DNA from: Octopus bimaculoides
Lineage: Eukaryota
Assembly: GCF_001194135.2 (NCBI RefSeq)
Contig: NC_069004.1
Span: forward strand, 29,303,493-29,352,690
DNA length: 49,198 nt
Reading direction: 5' to 3'
Every line of letters starts with the position of its first letter. The stretch's first letter is position 1. The position numbers and the translations under genes were made by a program. Below, piece by piece: positions 48,776-49,198 of the stretch. The notes under the pieces are model-generated. The model was not told the origin of the DNA, did no database searches, and worked only from the letters and a program-made list of their open reading frames with translations.

Positions 48776-49198
48776 GCGTTTATCTGTAAAAACTCAGACA
48801 ATGTGTAGATCAGCTATTAATATGCTATATTTACGAAAAAAAAAAACTCTTAAACTTTTCAATTGTGCTTTCTAAGAATTTATCTCCAGAATTAAACCAT
48901 AACAAATGATAATTATAAAAGAAAAACTGTCATTATCTGATGGAATATATTAATCTGAATGAATAAACGAAAGACATATTTTCTACCGTTAAGTTATGAC
49001 GACGATGTTTCTCGAGTTGGACCTTGTCGTAAATATTTTAAGTGGAAAAACGATAAAATATGTCCGTTTTATCGCATTTTCAAAAATTGCGGCTCTTTTT
49101 TAGTGTCCAACGAGAATTTATGAGGCAAGTAAGTTTCATTGAATGATATACAAAAGAAGGTGATAGAAATGAGAATAAGAAATCGAGAGCGGCAGAGA

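Noticed and set aside
49051-49074. 8-bp-stem hairpin cgataaaa/ttttatcg
   Set aside because: Short AT-rich stems are expected by chance, and terminator-like calls are not meaningful in this eukaryotic context.

Overview
AT-rich eukaryotic (animal) genomic DNA from a draft assembly, with about 24 N-gaps totalling roughly 8 kb. The microsatellite load and the tRNA-derived SINE families match my recollection of octopus (coleoid cephalopod) DNA; this is inference, not a database match. I could not identify any protein-coding gene: nearly all ORFs in the track are microsatellite or N artefacts, and only a few short exon-like segments with good splice signals are candidates. The window is mostly dispersed repeats. 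There are more than 25 SINE copies built from swappable head, core and tail modules, plus decayed fragments of RTE/Rex3-like, R4/Dong-like and Penelope-like retroelements, Tigger-like and hAT-like MITE pieces, and two long fold-back inverted repeats. Several minimal hammerhead-ribozyme-like motifs of the type found at Penelope termini are also present. There is no rRNA, true tRNA, CRISPR array or prokaryotic system. The most interesting signals are the hammerhead relics, a SINE with a built-in microsatellite slot, R4/Dong fragments abutting (TAA)n, a doubly targeted insertion site with nested TSDs, and a 94-bp-arm hairpin.
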